IMG/VR virus record: IMGVR_UViG_3300048574_000092 | Coordinates: 1-42,603 of that record | Reading direction: 5' to 3' (one strand) | DNA: 42,603 nt | Source of the DNA: a virus | Part shown: positions 1 through 7,994 of the stretch, piece by piece | How positions within the stretch are numbered: position 1 is the stretch's first letter | How the letters are laid out: each line of letters opens with the position of its first letter | Notes under the pieces: generated by a model | What the model saw: the letters and a program-made list of their open reading frames with translations, nothing else | Databases searched by the model: none | Told to the model about the DNA's origin: nothing | Position numbers and translations under genes: made by a program

Positions 1-39
1 GGCAATGGATGCTGGCTATCGAGCGTCGGCTTATCCGCC
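1..39. repeat. Terminal overlap, copy 1 (identical to 42565..42603)
   Basis: ggcaatggatgctggctatcgagcgtcggcttatccgcc is read at both ends of the window. Confidence 0.97.
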
Positions 40-224
40 TCGAGTGCCGGGTCCGGCAGCTTGGAGCCAAGACTACGGCCCCCAAAGACGACGGCCGGCG
101 GTGGAACCCGCGCGATCTCATGATGGCCTCGGCTGGGGTGGTGATGGTGCTGGCCGCGATCGCGGACAAGATCGGATGGACGACCCTCGCAGCTTCCCTG
201 GTCAAGCTCTATGGCAGCAGGTGA
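9..224 (+). CDS. Small protein with C-terminal hydrophobic helix; 3' part of an ORF that wraps the circular junction (probable start ATG 42534)
   Basis: Third codon positions are G/C-rich and the sequence is sensible (..RLIRLECRVRQL.. then MMASAGVVMVLAAIADKIGWTTLAASLV). The same frame is open back to ATG 42534, with a stop at 42528-42530. The alternative frame 5..298 is R/G/P-rich junk. Confidence 0.6.
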   Translation: MLAIERRLIRLECRVRQLGAKTTAPKDDGRRWNPRDLMMASAGVVMVLAAIADKIGWTTLAASLVKLYGSR

Positions 225-279
225 TGGCTGCGCTCTGTCCTGGGACGAGGGTGTTCTGCGTCTGCCTCGCCATAGCGAC

Positions 280-525
280 GTTCATTGTGGTGGTGTAACG
301 AGGTGCTCCCAAGTCCGCTGGACCGAAACAGCGTGAACGAAACCAAAACAAAGCCACCAAATCGCAACTCACCACCAAGAAAAACCTGTTATATCCCAAT
401 GTTAGGACAACCGACGACTTCGTTTACACCGAGGATGTCGGGAGTTCGACCCTCTCACCGCCCACCATGTTATTCAATGGCTTATGCCAACAGCAACGAT
501 GTGCTCCCAGTTTATCGCAACTAAT
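280..525 (+). other. attP region: tRNA-like core flanked by repeated short motifs (candidate arm-type integrase sites)
   Basis: The core lies at 418..467. ATCGCAACT occurs on both sides (361..369 and 514..522). CACCACCA occurs at 371..378 and inverted at 287..294. The integrase gene is immediately adjacent. Confidence 0.6.
418..467 (+). other. 3' portion of a tRNA-Val(UAC)-like sequence (anticodon arm to CCA): attP core, not a functional tRNA
   Basis: The anticodon stem is CTTCG/CGAGG with loop TTTACAC (anticodon TAC) and variable loop ATGTC. The T-arm is GGGAG-TTCGACC-CTCTC, followed by acceptor 3' strand ACCGCCC, A and CCA (465..467). No matching 5' acceptor (GGGCGGT) or D-arm lies upstream. 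Confidence 0.65.
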
Positions 526-1582
526 TTGCTCGTTTTTTGCCTTGCAACCGCAGGTCAATAACCGTCGCCGCCGGACGCAGTGTCTCAACGCCGGGCTTCG
601 CATAGATCTTCCGCGTCGTGTTGATGTCACGGTGCCCGAGCATCTTCGAAATCCTCTCCATCGGGATGCCGTCTTCGTCTAGCCACGTCGCCACCGTGTG
701 GCGTAAGACGTGCGGTGTGACGTCCTCGAGCTGCGCGGCCGCTACGGCCGCCATGAAGCCTTTGCGCACCTTTTTGACGGGTGCTCCATCCCACTCGATG
801 ACGTAGTCGGTGATGGCCCCTTCTTTCGCCTCCGTGAGCGCCGCTCGCGCCTCCGCGGTCATGGCGACGACCGCGCGCCCCTTCTGAGTGCGTTTGGTTA
901 GTGGGTTGATCTTTTCGCTTGATCGGAGATCGATCGTGCCGGCTTCAAAATCAATGTTGGTCCAAAGAAGCTGGCAGATGGCGCCGGATCGCCCACCAGT
1001 CGTTATGGCGAGAATGACGAACAATCGGAGGTGAGGCATCCTGCAGGCCGCGAGAAGCGCGTGCACTTCGTCCGGCGACATAACGCGGGTCCGGCCTTCC
1101 GGCTTCGACGGAACCCATACGTAGGGCGCGGAATCTATGATGCGGCGCTTGTGGGCCCAATTCACGCAGGAACGCAAGCGCGTTAGTTCTGTCCAGATGG
1201 TTGATGCAGATTTGCCGGCGGCATCGCGCAATTTCGCGTAGTCTCGGCAAACGTCTGCGTTGATCGCGGTGACGTCCATCGAGCTGAACCGCGGCTTCAG
1301 GGATTTCCAGTCGTTTTCGAAATTGGCAATCAGCTTGCCGTCTTTCTCGCGATCAGATTTATAGGCGTCCCAAATCTCGCCAATGGTTTTTGCTTCCCGC
1401 TCGCGGAGCAGCGTCACTTTTCGCACCCACGAATCGAGTGCGGCGCGTCCGTCTATTTCAGTGAAGACGCCAAGTCTTCTGCGGTGCGGCCCCGTTTCGT
1501 CGCGCCAGCAGACGACCGCCTCTCCGTGGAGTTGACCAAGTCGGTATTTCCCGACTGCGTATTTCCGCCAGCGCTTTCCCAT
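521..1582 (-). CDS. int: Tyrosine recombinase / phage integrase
   Basis: The C-terminal catalytic region reads HVLRHTVATWL...LGHRDINTTRKIYAKP (H-x-x-R ... H ... Y), with an upstream GGRSGAICQLLW arginine box. The start was chosen at MGKRWRKY (ATG 1582), preceded by GGGGGAGGTGGAG. Confidence 0.9.
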   Translation of the reverse strand: MGKRWRKYAVGKYRLGQLHGEAVVCWRDETGPHRRRLGVFTEIDGRAALDSWVRKVTLLREREAKTIGEIWDAYKSDREKDGKLIANFENDWKSLKPRFSSMDVTAINADVCRDYAKLRDAAGKSASTIWTELTRLRSCVNWAHKRRIIDSAPYVWVPSKPEGRTRVMSPDEVHALLAACRMPHLRLFVILAITTGGRSGAICQLLWTNIDFEAGTIDLRSSEKINPLTKRTQKGRAVVAMTAEARAALTEAKEGAITDYVIEWDGAPVKKVRKGFMAAVAAAQLEDVTPHVLRHTVATWLDEDGIPMERISKMLGHRDINTTRKIYAKPGVETLRPAATVIDLRLQGKKRAN

Positions 1583-1731
1583 CGCTCCACCTCCCCCGCC
1601 GTAACGCGCAGCAATTTGCCGCCAACGCGGAACGCGCGCAACTTTCGTTCCCTGATAAGCGAATAGACGGCATCGCGGGAGCAGGCCCATCGGTCGGCGA
1701 CTTGCGCCACTGTGAACGGCTTCTCCGTCAT
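1453..1731 (-). CDS. xis: Excisionase-family / AlpA-like HTH DNA-binding protein
   Basis: FTVAQVADRWACSRDAVYSLIRERKLRAFRVGGKLLRVTAGEVERWE matches the excisionase-type winged-helix pattern. A strong SD (AAGGAG..GGGGAG) precedes ATG 1731. The tail overlaps int by 130 nt out of frame. Confidence 0.7.
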   Translation of the reverse strand: MTEKPFTVAQVADRWACSRDAVYSLIRERKLRAFRVGGKLLRVTAGEVERWESAGGNTQSGNTDLVNSTERRSSAGATKRGRTAEDLASSLK

Positions 1732-1826
1732 CTCCCCTTACTCCTTCTCCCTCTCAAGTCCCGGATGTGAGTGGTGTAGTGAATTTGTTTCAACCACTGT
1801 CCTTGTCCGAATGCTCGTAGGTGCGT

Positions 1827-2267
1827 TCACCCGACTAGGATCACACCGGATCGAGTTCCCAGCGTCACGTCCTGGATGTTGCTCATGTCGGGCCAGCCAT
1901 CATCTGGTTCTGGTCCCTCAGCCTCATCGTCTCCGGGAATGATCTCTCGGCCCCAGGCAAAGCGCCGAAGCTTGTTGCCTTCGAACACATACGCACGATC
2001 CGTCGTTCGGCTATCTTCCCACGGCCAGGGCCAACCGTGTTCAACCGGATCTGTTACGTCGTCCCTCGTTTCGAAGTAGAATTGAAGCGCTGCTGTGAAG
2101 TCGCTCTCTGTCTCGACGTTCTTCAGAGCCCAGCATGCACGACCGCGATCGTTACGCGTCGCCCAGGTCTCATCGGCCTCGTCAACGTCATAGCCATCCA
2201 GCGCAACGCTTCCGAGCCATTTCAATGCGCCATCTTTTCGGATGTAAAAATCCGCTCTCGTTCCCAT
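1827..2267 (-). CDS. Hypothetical protein (acidic, W-rich)
   Basis: ORF starting MGTRADFYI at ATG 2267, preceded by GGAGGG. Same strand as the early-left operon. Confidence 0.6.
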   Translation of the reverse strand: MGTRADFYIRKDGALKWLGSVALDGYDVDEADETWATRNDRGRACWALKNVETESDFTAALQFYFETRDDVTDPVEHGWPWPWEDSRTTDRAYVFEGNKLRRFAWGREIIPGDDEAEGPEPDDGWPDMSNIQDVTLGTRSGVILVG

Positions 2268-2307
2268 TATCAAAACCCTCCGCTGAAATGGTGATCGCAC
2301 TTGGGGC

Positions 2308-2520
2308 TCAAAGAGCCGTGCTCGATGTTGAATTCAATATCTTCTCGGATTCTACCTTTGCTTCACGAGCACGACGGAGATCGCCGACCAAAAAGAACCC
2401 GCGAAACGCACTGGTATCTTGTGCATTGATTGGATAGGCCGTCTCAGCAAACGGCTCTACCGCTTTCATCAGTAGGTCTATGACTTGCTGCTGGCGTTCT
2501 ACTATCGTCGCTTCTTGCAT
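2308..2520 (-). CDS. Hypothetical protein, 70 aa
   Basis: ORF packed tightly in the leftward operon. Confidence 0.5.
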   Translation of the reverse strand: MQEATIVERQQQVIDLLMKAVEPFAETAYPINAQDTSAFRGFFLVGDLRRAREAKVESEKILNSTSSTAL

Positions 2521-2525
2521 TGGGC

Positions 2526-2762
2526 TTAGTCCTTCACCGGCTCTGGCTCGTCATCGCTTTTCCAGAATGTCCTGCGAGCGTCCGCCAACAGATCCGTTAT
2601 TCTCTGCGAGAGACGCGTCACGAGATAACCGCCATCGCTATAGCTACTGTCCTTCTGCATCGCGTCGCGGAGATCGCACCACTCTCTGGCCGTCATCGTT
2701 ATCTTCATCGTGAAGATGATGTCGTCAGGGTTCTCTACTAAAAATCGAGCGTTGAATGCCAT
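2526..2762 (-). CDS. Hypothetical protein, 78 aa
   Basis: ORF packed tightly in the leftward operon. Confidence 0.55.
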   Translation of the reverse strand: MAFNARFLVENPDDIIFTMKITMTAREWCDLRDAMQKDSSYSDGGYLVTRLSQRITDLLADARRTFWKSDDEPEPVKD

Positions 2763-2765
2763 TCT

Positions 2766-2978
2766 CTACCCTTCCTTAGACTGGGTGTGATGACGTGATT
2801 GCGTCTTTGGGCGTCTGTCTCTAGCGAGCGCAACCGTGTCCCAAGGGATGGTGGTAATGAGCGTTGTGCGCAGCGTGCCGTCCGCGTCGCGCTCTTCCTG
2901 CACGACGGTCAGACCTTCGCGCTCGCCGTAGATCCAGCATCTGTCCGAAACTGGAACCGGCGCTATTTGGTCGGTCAT
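2766..2978 (-). CDS. Hypothetical protein, 70 aa
   Basis: Its start overlaps the upstream stop (2975..2978). Confidence 0.55.
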   Translation of the reverse strand: MTDQIAPVPVSDRCWIYGEREGLTVVQEERDADGTLRTTLITTIPWDTVALARDRRPKTQSRHHTQSKEG

Positions 2979-3163
2979 CCCGCTTTCTCCGTATGCTTTG
3001 CTTCTTCTTCGGACCGGATTTGAGCGAGGCCGGTTATCAAGTTCTGAAGTTTCTCATCGGCCGTCCATTTGCGACCGCGACGCAACGCTCGCTCTGCAAT
3101 GGTATTTTGCAGTTTGAAGTATCTCTGCTTCATCTCGGGAGACCATGACGCGTTAAACGACAT
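2975..3163 (-). CDS. Hypothetical protein, ~62 aa
   Basis: Start taken at MSFNASW (ATG 3163), preceded by AAGGAG. The longer ORF to 3217 would overlap the upstream gene. Confidence 0.5.
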   Translation of the reverse strand: MSFNASWSPEMKQRYFKLQNTIAERALRRGRKWTADEKLQNLITGLAQIRSEEEAKHTEKAG

Positions 3164-3566
3164 CGGCTTTCTCCTTTGCTTCTTCCTGGTCAATGGCCGC
3201 AGAGAAAATTGCGTCAAGAAATGTCAAACAGTCGTTGGCGAGGGGCTTTGCGATTGCGACAACTGCCCATACCTTAGCGGGCAACTCATCGAATATGATG
3301 ATTTCTCCGCGACGGTCCTTTGACCATTCGCACCCCGGAAGCACAGCCCTCTGCAGCGCCACACACGGACCAAGGCCGTCTGGATCGAGGGTGATCTTCG
3401 GCACTTCCATAGCATCCGGAGAGAATGCACCCCGAGCCGGGAACCCCTTCAAGGCTGGGTTGAATACGTCGAGATCTTGATAGATCGCCAAATCCAACTC
3501 GCGATCAGGTCCTGTCGCCTCTCTTATTCTCTTCTGTAGGGAGCGGAGGGATTCGAGGTTTGTCAT
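3153..3566 (-). CDS. Hypothetical protein, ~137 aa
   Basis: Start taken at MTNLESL (ATG 3566), which overlaps the upstream stop (ATGA). Confidence 0.6.
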   Translation of the reverse strand: MTNLESLRSLQKRIREATGPDRELDLAIYQDLDVFNPALKGFPARGAFSPDAMEVPKITLDPDGLGPCVALQRAVLPGCEWSKDRRGEIIIFDELPAKVWAVVAIAKPLANDCLTFLDAIFSAAIDQEEAKEKADVV

Positions 3567-4165
3567 TTCTGCAATCCCAAGGAACTGCGAAGCGCCCGGA
3601 GCCATTCATTGCGTTGCTTGGTGCGTTCAACTTCTTCGCCGTACGCCTTTGTGTGATACGCGAGGTCGTCACGCGCTTTCTGAAGTGCTTCCGCGAACCA
3701 CTGACCGGCAGCCTGTAGTGTCGGCCGTCCTCGATACGGCGGTCCGCCGTCAAACTTGATGCTTTCCTGAAGCTGGTTGACCATGAACGTCTTGAGGCCC
3801 GTGTGCTCTGGTGTTGGCGCTGTCCACGCCTGCACTTTCGCAAGCATCGCTTCATATCGTGCGGTCCATTCTGCCTTTCGTCTCTCGTAATCGTCCCATG
3901 ACGCAGCGGCTTCCTCGAATGCCTTCTGAGCCTCTGCCGTCGTTTCGTCTTCGGACAGGCGCTGCAGTCGATCGATCTCAGCTTGCGCCTCAGTCATGCG
4001 CTTGGCGTTGTAGTCACTCGGCTCAAACGCTTCCGGGATTGCTGCATTGGACGGCTCGTCACGCATGGTTACGCATGCACCGAACGCGCGTGCGCACAGC
4101 ATTGCGAAGTCGCTGAATTCGGTGATCTCGCCGTTTTGAACGGCTGCGGTATAGCCAGTCGGCAT
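3563..4165 (-). CDS. Hypothetical protein, 200 aa
   Basis: Long ORF with G/C-rich third positions in the leftward operon. Confidence 0.7.
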   Translation of the reverse strand: MPTGYTAAVQNGEITEFSDFAMLCARAFGACVTMRDEPSNAAIPEAFEPSDYNAKRMTEAQAEIDRLQRLSEDETTAEAQKAFEEAAASWDDYERRKAEWTARYEAMLAKVQAWTAPTPEHTGLKTFMVNQLQESIKFDGGPPYRGRPTLQAAGQWFAEALQKARDDLAYHTKAYGEEVERTKQRNEWLRALRSSLGLQK

Positions 4166-4167
4166 AA

Positions 4168-4575
4168 TTACTTTGTCCCCTGTTTAGGTGCTTCAAGAGT
4201 GGTGCGGGCGCGTCGAACGCCGTCTTTCAGCATTTCAGCGACGCCCTTATCGGCTATCTGGTTTGTCGTAACGGCACCCCACGCGTTGCGCATTGTTTGC
4301 TGCGCATCCTTCAGCGCCTTTTCAAGCTCGGCTATACGGGCGGTGAGGCGGGAGATTTCTTCCGTTGACGTCTCCCGGATGCTCTCAAATAGGTCGGCCG
4401 CGTCACCGAATTTTTCTGCAAGTTCCATGCATTCGCGACCAGATATTTCCGTCGTGCTTGGGGACCGTGTGTCCTCGTCGACGCTTGGCCTCGATATGTA
4501 GAAGGTCTGGAACCCTCGAAACTCCGCAGCCATTACAGCAATGGCGCTGTCGGTCGTATATTCTTCGCCGCTCAT
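4168..4575 (-). CDS. Hypothetical protein, 135 aa
   Basis: ORF whose start overlaps the upstream stop. Confidence 0.65.
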   Translation of the reverse strand: MSGEEYTTDSAIAVMAAEFRGFQTFYISRPSVDEDTRSPSTTEISGRECMELAEKFGDAADLFESIRETSTEEISRLTARIAELEKALKDAQQTMRNAWGAVTTNQIADKGVAEMLKDGVRRARTTLEAPKQGTK

Positions 4576-5135
4576 GTCTTGCTCTCCGAAAGAAGGGCGC
4601 GGATACGGTCAACAACTTCGTCCAGCGCCTCTGCCGCCGCGTCGCCACCGTGCCCGGAACGAACCAGTTCATCCGAACAGCTTCGGGCGAGAAGCGCGCA
4701 TTCCTCTATCGCTTTACACCTCGCCTCATCGGCCGCTTCGTTCGTGAATTTCTCGCTGTATTCATCCGCTTCAGCGATTACGGCGTGGGCGTAGTAGTTG
4801 CACTTAGACATCTTCCCGCCCGTTATATGCATGTAGACGTCCGGAACTTGCTGCATCACGAAGTGGTAGTCTGAAAGCTCCGCTTCGATTTTCTCGCGGT
4901 CCGTCTTGTCGGCAATGTCGTCGAAGACACCGGCCCAGAAGCCGCCCGCTTCTTTCTCAGCTTCCATCTTCGCGAGTTGAGCGCGAAGGGACGCGATCTC
5001 TTCGTCTATAAGTTCTTTGTTCTTGGTGATGATCTTCGGCCAAATCTCTTTTAGAGCGGCAACCTGCTCGGGGTCATCCTGCCAGCCATCAGGCAAAGGA
5101 TACATCAGGCGTTCTGCAAGGTGTTTCTCGCTCAC
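4572..5135 (-). CDS. Hypothetical protein, 187 aa (central coiled coil)
   Basis: ORF translationally coupled on both sides. Confidence 0.7.
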   Translation of the reverse strand: MSEKHLAERLMYPLPDGWQDDPEQVAALKEIWPKIITKNKELIDEEIASLRAQLAKMEAEKEAGGFWAGVFDDIADKTDREKIEAELSDYHFVMQQVPDVYMHITGGKMSKCNYYAHAVIAEADEYSEKFTNEAADEARCKAIEECALLARSCSDELVRSGHGGDAAAEALDEVVDRIRALLSESKT

Positions 5136-5329
5136 TTCACCGCTCCATTAGTAGACGCGACGAGATTAAGAGGCGCGGGCCGTCCTTCGTCGCAACGGGC
5201 TCTTGCCATTTCTCTCGCAATGCATGGGCACTCCCCGTTCTCAATATAGTGACGCGCCCATGCGTCCTCTTGGGCGTATCGTGCTCGCCAGTAGTCGAAA
5301 GACCAAAGCTCTGGAGTCCGTTTACTCAT
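5132..5329 (-). CDS. Hypothetical protein, ~65 aa
   Basis: Start at MSKRTPELW (ATG 5329), preceded by the repeated hairpin+SD cassette. Confidence 0.55.
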   Translation of the reverse strand: MSKRTPELWSFDYWRARYAQEDAWARHYIENGECPCIAREMARARCDEGRPAPLNLVASTNGAVK

Positions 5330-5628
5330 CCCCGCCCCTTTTCTGTAGAGGGGGCGCGCAATCGAGCCCTTCTGGTAGCGCACATGTGTGCGAGCTTGTG
5401 CTTCTCTGGGTGCTTGTGGACCCACATGCCGGTGTGAGGACTGAATTCAGTCCGAAAGAATTGGTCCAGAACGTCGTGACCGGTCGACAACTCCGGCCGA
5501 ATTAGCTTTGCCTCAGCATCGAAAATGCCGTCATCAACGAGAGGATCGTTTTCGACTTCGTAGGCGTATGCCCAAGCTGCCACATTGATGCGGCGAAGTC
5601 GTTCAATCTCGACATCAGATCGCCTCAT
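5326..5628 (-). CDS. Hypothetical protein, ~100 aa
   Basis: Start at MRRSDVEIERL (ATG 5628), preceded by the second copy of the hairpin+SD cassette. Confidence 0.55.
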   Translation of the reverse strand: MRRSDVEIERLRRINVAAWAYAYEVENDPLVDDGIFDAEAKLIRPELSTGHDVLDQFFRTEFSPHTGMWVHKHPEKHKLAHMCATRRARLRAPSTEKGRG

Positions 5629-5746
5629 CCCCGCACCTTTGCATCTGTAGAGGGGGCGCTTAGAGCAGCGCGGTTTTTGTGCTTGCAAAGACAGCATCGA
5701 CGCCCAGGCCGACACCAGCTTGTCCAGCATCTAAAGCGGCTCGACA

Positions 5747-6067
5747 TCACAGCACCTCATCAGTGCTGAGCTTCCCCGCCTCAACGGTGAAACAGAAGGT
5801 GCGCTCTGGCGTATCAGAGAGGACGAGATATTTGCCCGGAGTGCAGTAGCGCTTGCCTCGGATAAACTTCTCGATCTCCGGACGCGTTAGTTCTTCTGGA
5901 CCACCGAACCAATCGACGTTCGTAAACACGATCGACCGGCCGCCTCCGAAGCAATAGCCGCTGTTGAGCTTTGCGGGCAGGCGGTAGACGTGCATAATCA
6001 AAGCCTGCTCGCGCTTCATGCTTTCGTATGCGCGTCGCTTCATTTCCTCGTTTGAGATATCTTCCAT
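5747..6067 (-). CDS. Hypothetical protein, 106 aa
   Basis: ORF whose C-terminus, EAGKLSTD.., is shared with the upstream gene product. Confidence 0.65.
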   Translation of the reverse strand: MEDISNEEMKRRAYESMKREQALIMHVYRLPAKLNSGYCFGGGRSIVFTNVDWFGGPEELTRPEIEKFIRGKRYCTPGKYLVLSDTPERTFCFTVEAGKLSTDEVL

Positions 6068-6070
6068 CGC

Positions 6071-6937
6071 CTATGCCTCCCCGTTGGCGTCAGTGCTGAG
6101 CTTCCCCGCTTCGCTTGCAGGCGCGTCGGAAAGTACAGCGCCGACGTATTCAGGCTGGGGTCTCTGCGGCTCATTTTTCAGGATGCGGGCGGCTTCCTGT
6201 AGGTTGACGCAGTCTGGGTGCGTCCAGCCGAATTGCGTCTCGATCGAGCGCCGTGCTGCCATCGTCAGCAGTTTATCTGCAAGCCTGTGCGCTTCGAACA
6301 GATCGCCAGAGAATGGCGCAGGCACGCCTTTAAGAGCGGCACGGGCTTCCTGCCACGAAGCCATCAGCGCGTCGCCGCCGCAGCCGTCGCGCAAACATCC
6401 GACTTCAAACGTCAGTCGCTCCAGCGCCTCACGCAATCCCCCGACATCATCTGATGTCTGCCGGTCGGTGGAGTTGAGATCGTCACGGGCCTTCCGAACT
6501 AATAGCCAAGATCGTTTGATTACCTGCCGGTGCGATCCGCCAGAATATACGACACCTTCAACGGGATCGAGTTCGGCGTACCGGCACATCTGTTCGAGTG
6601 CATCTGATAGCAACCGACACATGCGCTCGTTATCACTTCCTGAATGATGCCGATCGTTTACATGGAGGGTGGAGAGAGCGGCGCGGGCTTCTTCCGCAAT
6701 CCTTTTGAAAACGCCGTGAAGCTCAGAACGACATTCCGCCCATGCTTCAATTTTTGCCATCGCCGTTATCATCGGATCATAAGCGCGATACACGGCGACG
6801 AGTGTGCGCAACTCATGCGGCGTGATCCTGCCCGATTGTCCGTTCGCTGCAATCGTCAGGATTGTTTCCAGATCGTCGAAATCGAGGTCCGCAGTCCTAT
6901 CTTCAGTCGGCATTTCTTCTTTATCGGGTGTGGTCAT
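6071..6937 (-). CDS. Hypothetical protein, 288 aa
   Basis: Long ORF in the operon, coupled to the upstream gene (6934..6937). Confidence 0.7.
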   Translation of the reverse strand: MTTPDKEEMPTEDRTADLDFDDLETILTIAANGQSGRITPHELRTLVAVYRAYDPMITAMAKIEAWAECRSELHGVFKRIAEEARAALSTLHVNDRHHSGSDNERMCRLLSDALEQMCRYAELDPVEGVVYSGGSHRQVIKRSWLLVRKARDDLNSTDRQTSDDVGGLREALERLTFEVGCLRDGCGGDALMASWQEARAALKGVPAPFSGDLFEAHRLADKLLTMAARRSIETQFGWTHPDCVNLQEAARILKNEPQRPQPEYVGAVLSDAPASEAGKLSTDANGEA

Positions 6938-7467
6938 GCGTATCTTCCTTCCGCATCACGCACACGCTCCCACATCGCATCTTTCTGGCGATTGGCTTCA
7001 TTTATCTGAGCAATGAGTGACTTCACCTGGTCTTCGAGATCGGCAATGCGCTCGTTCACGACAAGATCGCGGTGCGCTTCGAAGATCTTTCGCCTGAGCG
7101 CCACGTGTGAGTTTTCGTGCAGCAACCCGTGAATGATCGGATGCTGTCTCTCGATAGTATAATTTGGACCTGTATACCCGTCAGAGCGGCCATTATATCC
7201 GCGCCTGTCGCATTGCAGCCACCGGATCATCTCGCTTTCGTTGCCTGCCAGCAGAGCCTCGATTGCCCGGGTTGCCATCGATGCGGCATGGCTTGAAATG
7301 CTTTCGGCGAGATCGTTCTTTACCGACCAATCGATTTCATCGACGACGGATTGTGCGAGGTCCATCGCCTTTTTTTTCAGCGTCTTCATGGCGTCGTCGT
7401 CGAGAGCTTTGTCCAAAGCATCGCTCAACTCGTTTCTCTGATCGGTTATGATGATAGATGTGCTCAT
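6934..7467 (-). CDS. Hypothetical protein, 177 aa
   Basis: ORF in the operon with a C-terminal coiled coil. Confidence 0.65.
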   Translation of the reverse strand: MSTSIIITDQRNELSDALDKALDDDAMKTLKKKAMDLAQSVVDEIDWSVKNDLAESISSHAASMATRAIEALLAGNESEMIRWLQCDRRGYNGRSDGYTGPNYTIERQHPIIHGLLHENSHVALRRKIFEAHRDLVVNERIADLEDQVKSLIAQINEANRQKDAMWERVRDAEGRYA

Positions 7468-7500
7468 TTCTCGTCCCTCAGACTGTTCTTGTGTGCCGGT

Positions 7501-7839
7501 TCAACGAGGAACAACGGAACCGTCTAGCTTCTTTTTCCATTTCGACTTGCGGCCGCAGGGCATGGGATGCGCTGGTTTTCGTGCGCAGATGCGCCTCTCG
7601 AACCCCCGCCGCGTCTTGTCGATCTCAGGGCGGCGTTGGCGCGTCTTCGCAGCATGGCAACGCTTCCGCATGACGCGGCAATTCTCAAGCGTCGGTTCCC
7701 CGCCGATCGTGTCTTCGATGATATGATCGTACTCGGGGCCATCACCGGCAATGATCTTGACCCCGCAGCCGCACTCGCAGATGCCGCCGCTGCGCTGCCA
7801 GGCAGCGAGTTTCACCTTCTTCGGAAACTCCTTGCGCAT
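7501..7839 (-). CDS. HNH endonuclease
   Basis: A Cys cluster (CECGCG) is followed by EYDHIIEDTIGGEPTLENCRVMRKRCHAAKT (H-N-H pattern). ATG 7839 overlaps the upstream stop; GTG 7842 is an alternative start. Confidence 0.8.
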   Translation of the reverse strand: MRKEFPKKVKLAAWQRSGGICECGCGVKIIAGDGPEYDHIIEDTIGGEPTLENCRVMRKRCHAAKTRQRRPEIDKTRRGFERRICARKPAHPMPCGRKSKWKKKLDGSVVPR

Positions 7840-7994
7840 CACAGCCCTGCTTCCTCATTCACATTGACCGCAATCGTCTTCACGATCCTTGGTCTGATTT
7901 CAGAATCGTTCGGAGGCTCAACGGCTTTTGAAATCAGAACCGCAGCGACAACATAAATCAGGATCAGGAGCCAGAGGCCTACTGTGTCGGTCAT
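7839..7994 (-). CDS. 51-aa membrane peptide (below the ORF-track size cutoff)
   Basis: I translated MTDTVGLWLLILIYVVAAVLISKAVEPPNDSEIRPRIVKTIAVNVNEEAGL by hand. It shows ATGA overlap with the recT stop and TGATG overlap with the HNH start. Confidence 0.5.
   Translation of the reverse strand: MTDTVGLWLLILIYVVAAVLISKAVEPPNDSEIRPRIVKTIAVNVNEEAGL

Noticed and set aside
5-298. 97-aa ORF at the left end, in an alternative frame to 9..224
   Set aside because: The product is R/G/P-rich (..PQRRRPAVEPARSHDGLGWGGDGAGRDRGQDR..). The overlapping frame 9..224 has G/C-rich third positions and a sensible sequence.
392-467. Possible complete tRNA gene
   Set aside because: Only the anticodon arm through CCA is tRNA-like. 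The expected 5' acceptor strand (GGGCGGT) and D-arm are absent upstream. It was therefore called an attP core fragment.
5326-5628. DNA-ligase Ia-domain-like N-terminus (..AAWAYAYEVENDPLVDDGIFDAE..)
   Set aside because: The resemblance to the LigA N-terminal YY..D.P..SD.EYD pattern is short and could be fortuitous. It cannot be supported without a profile search.
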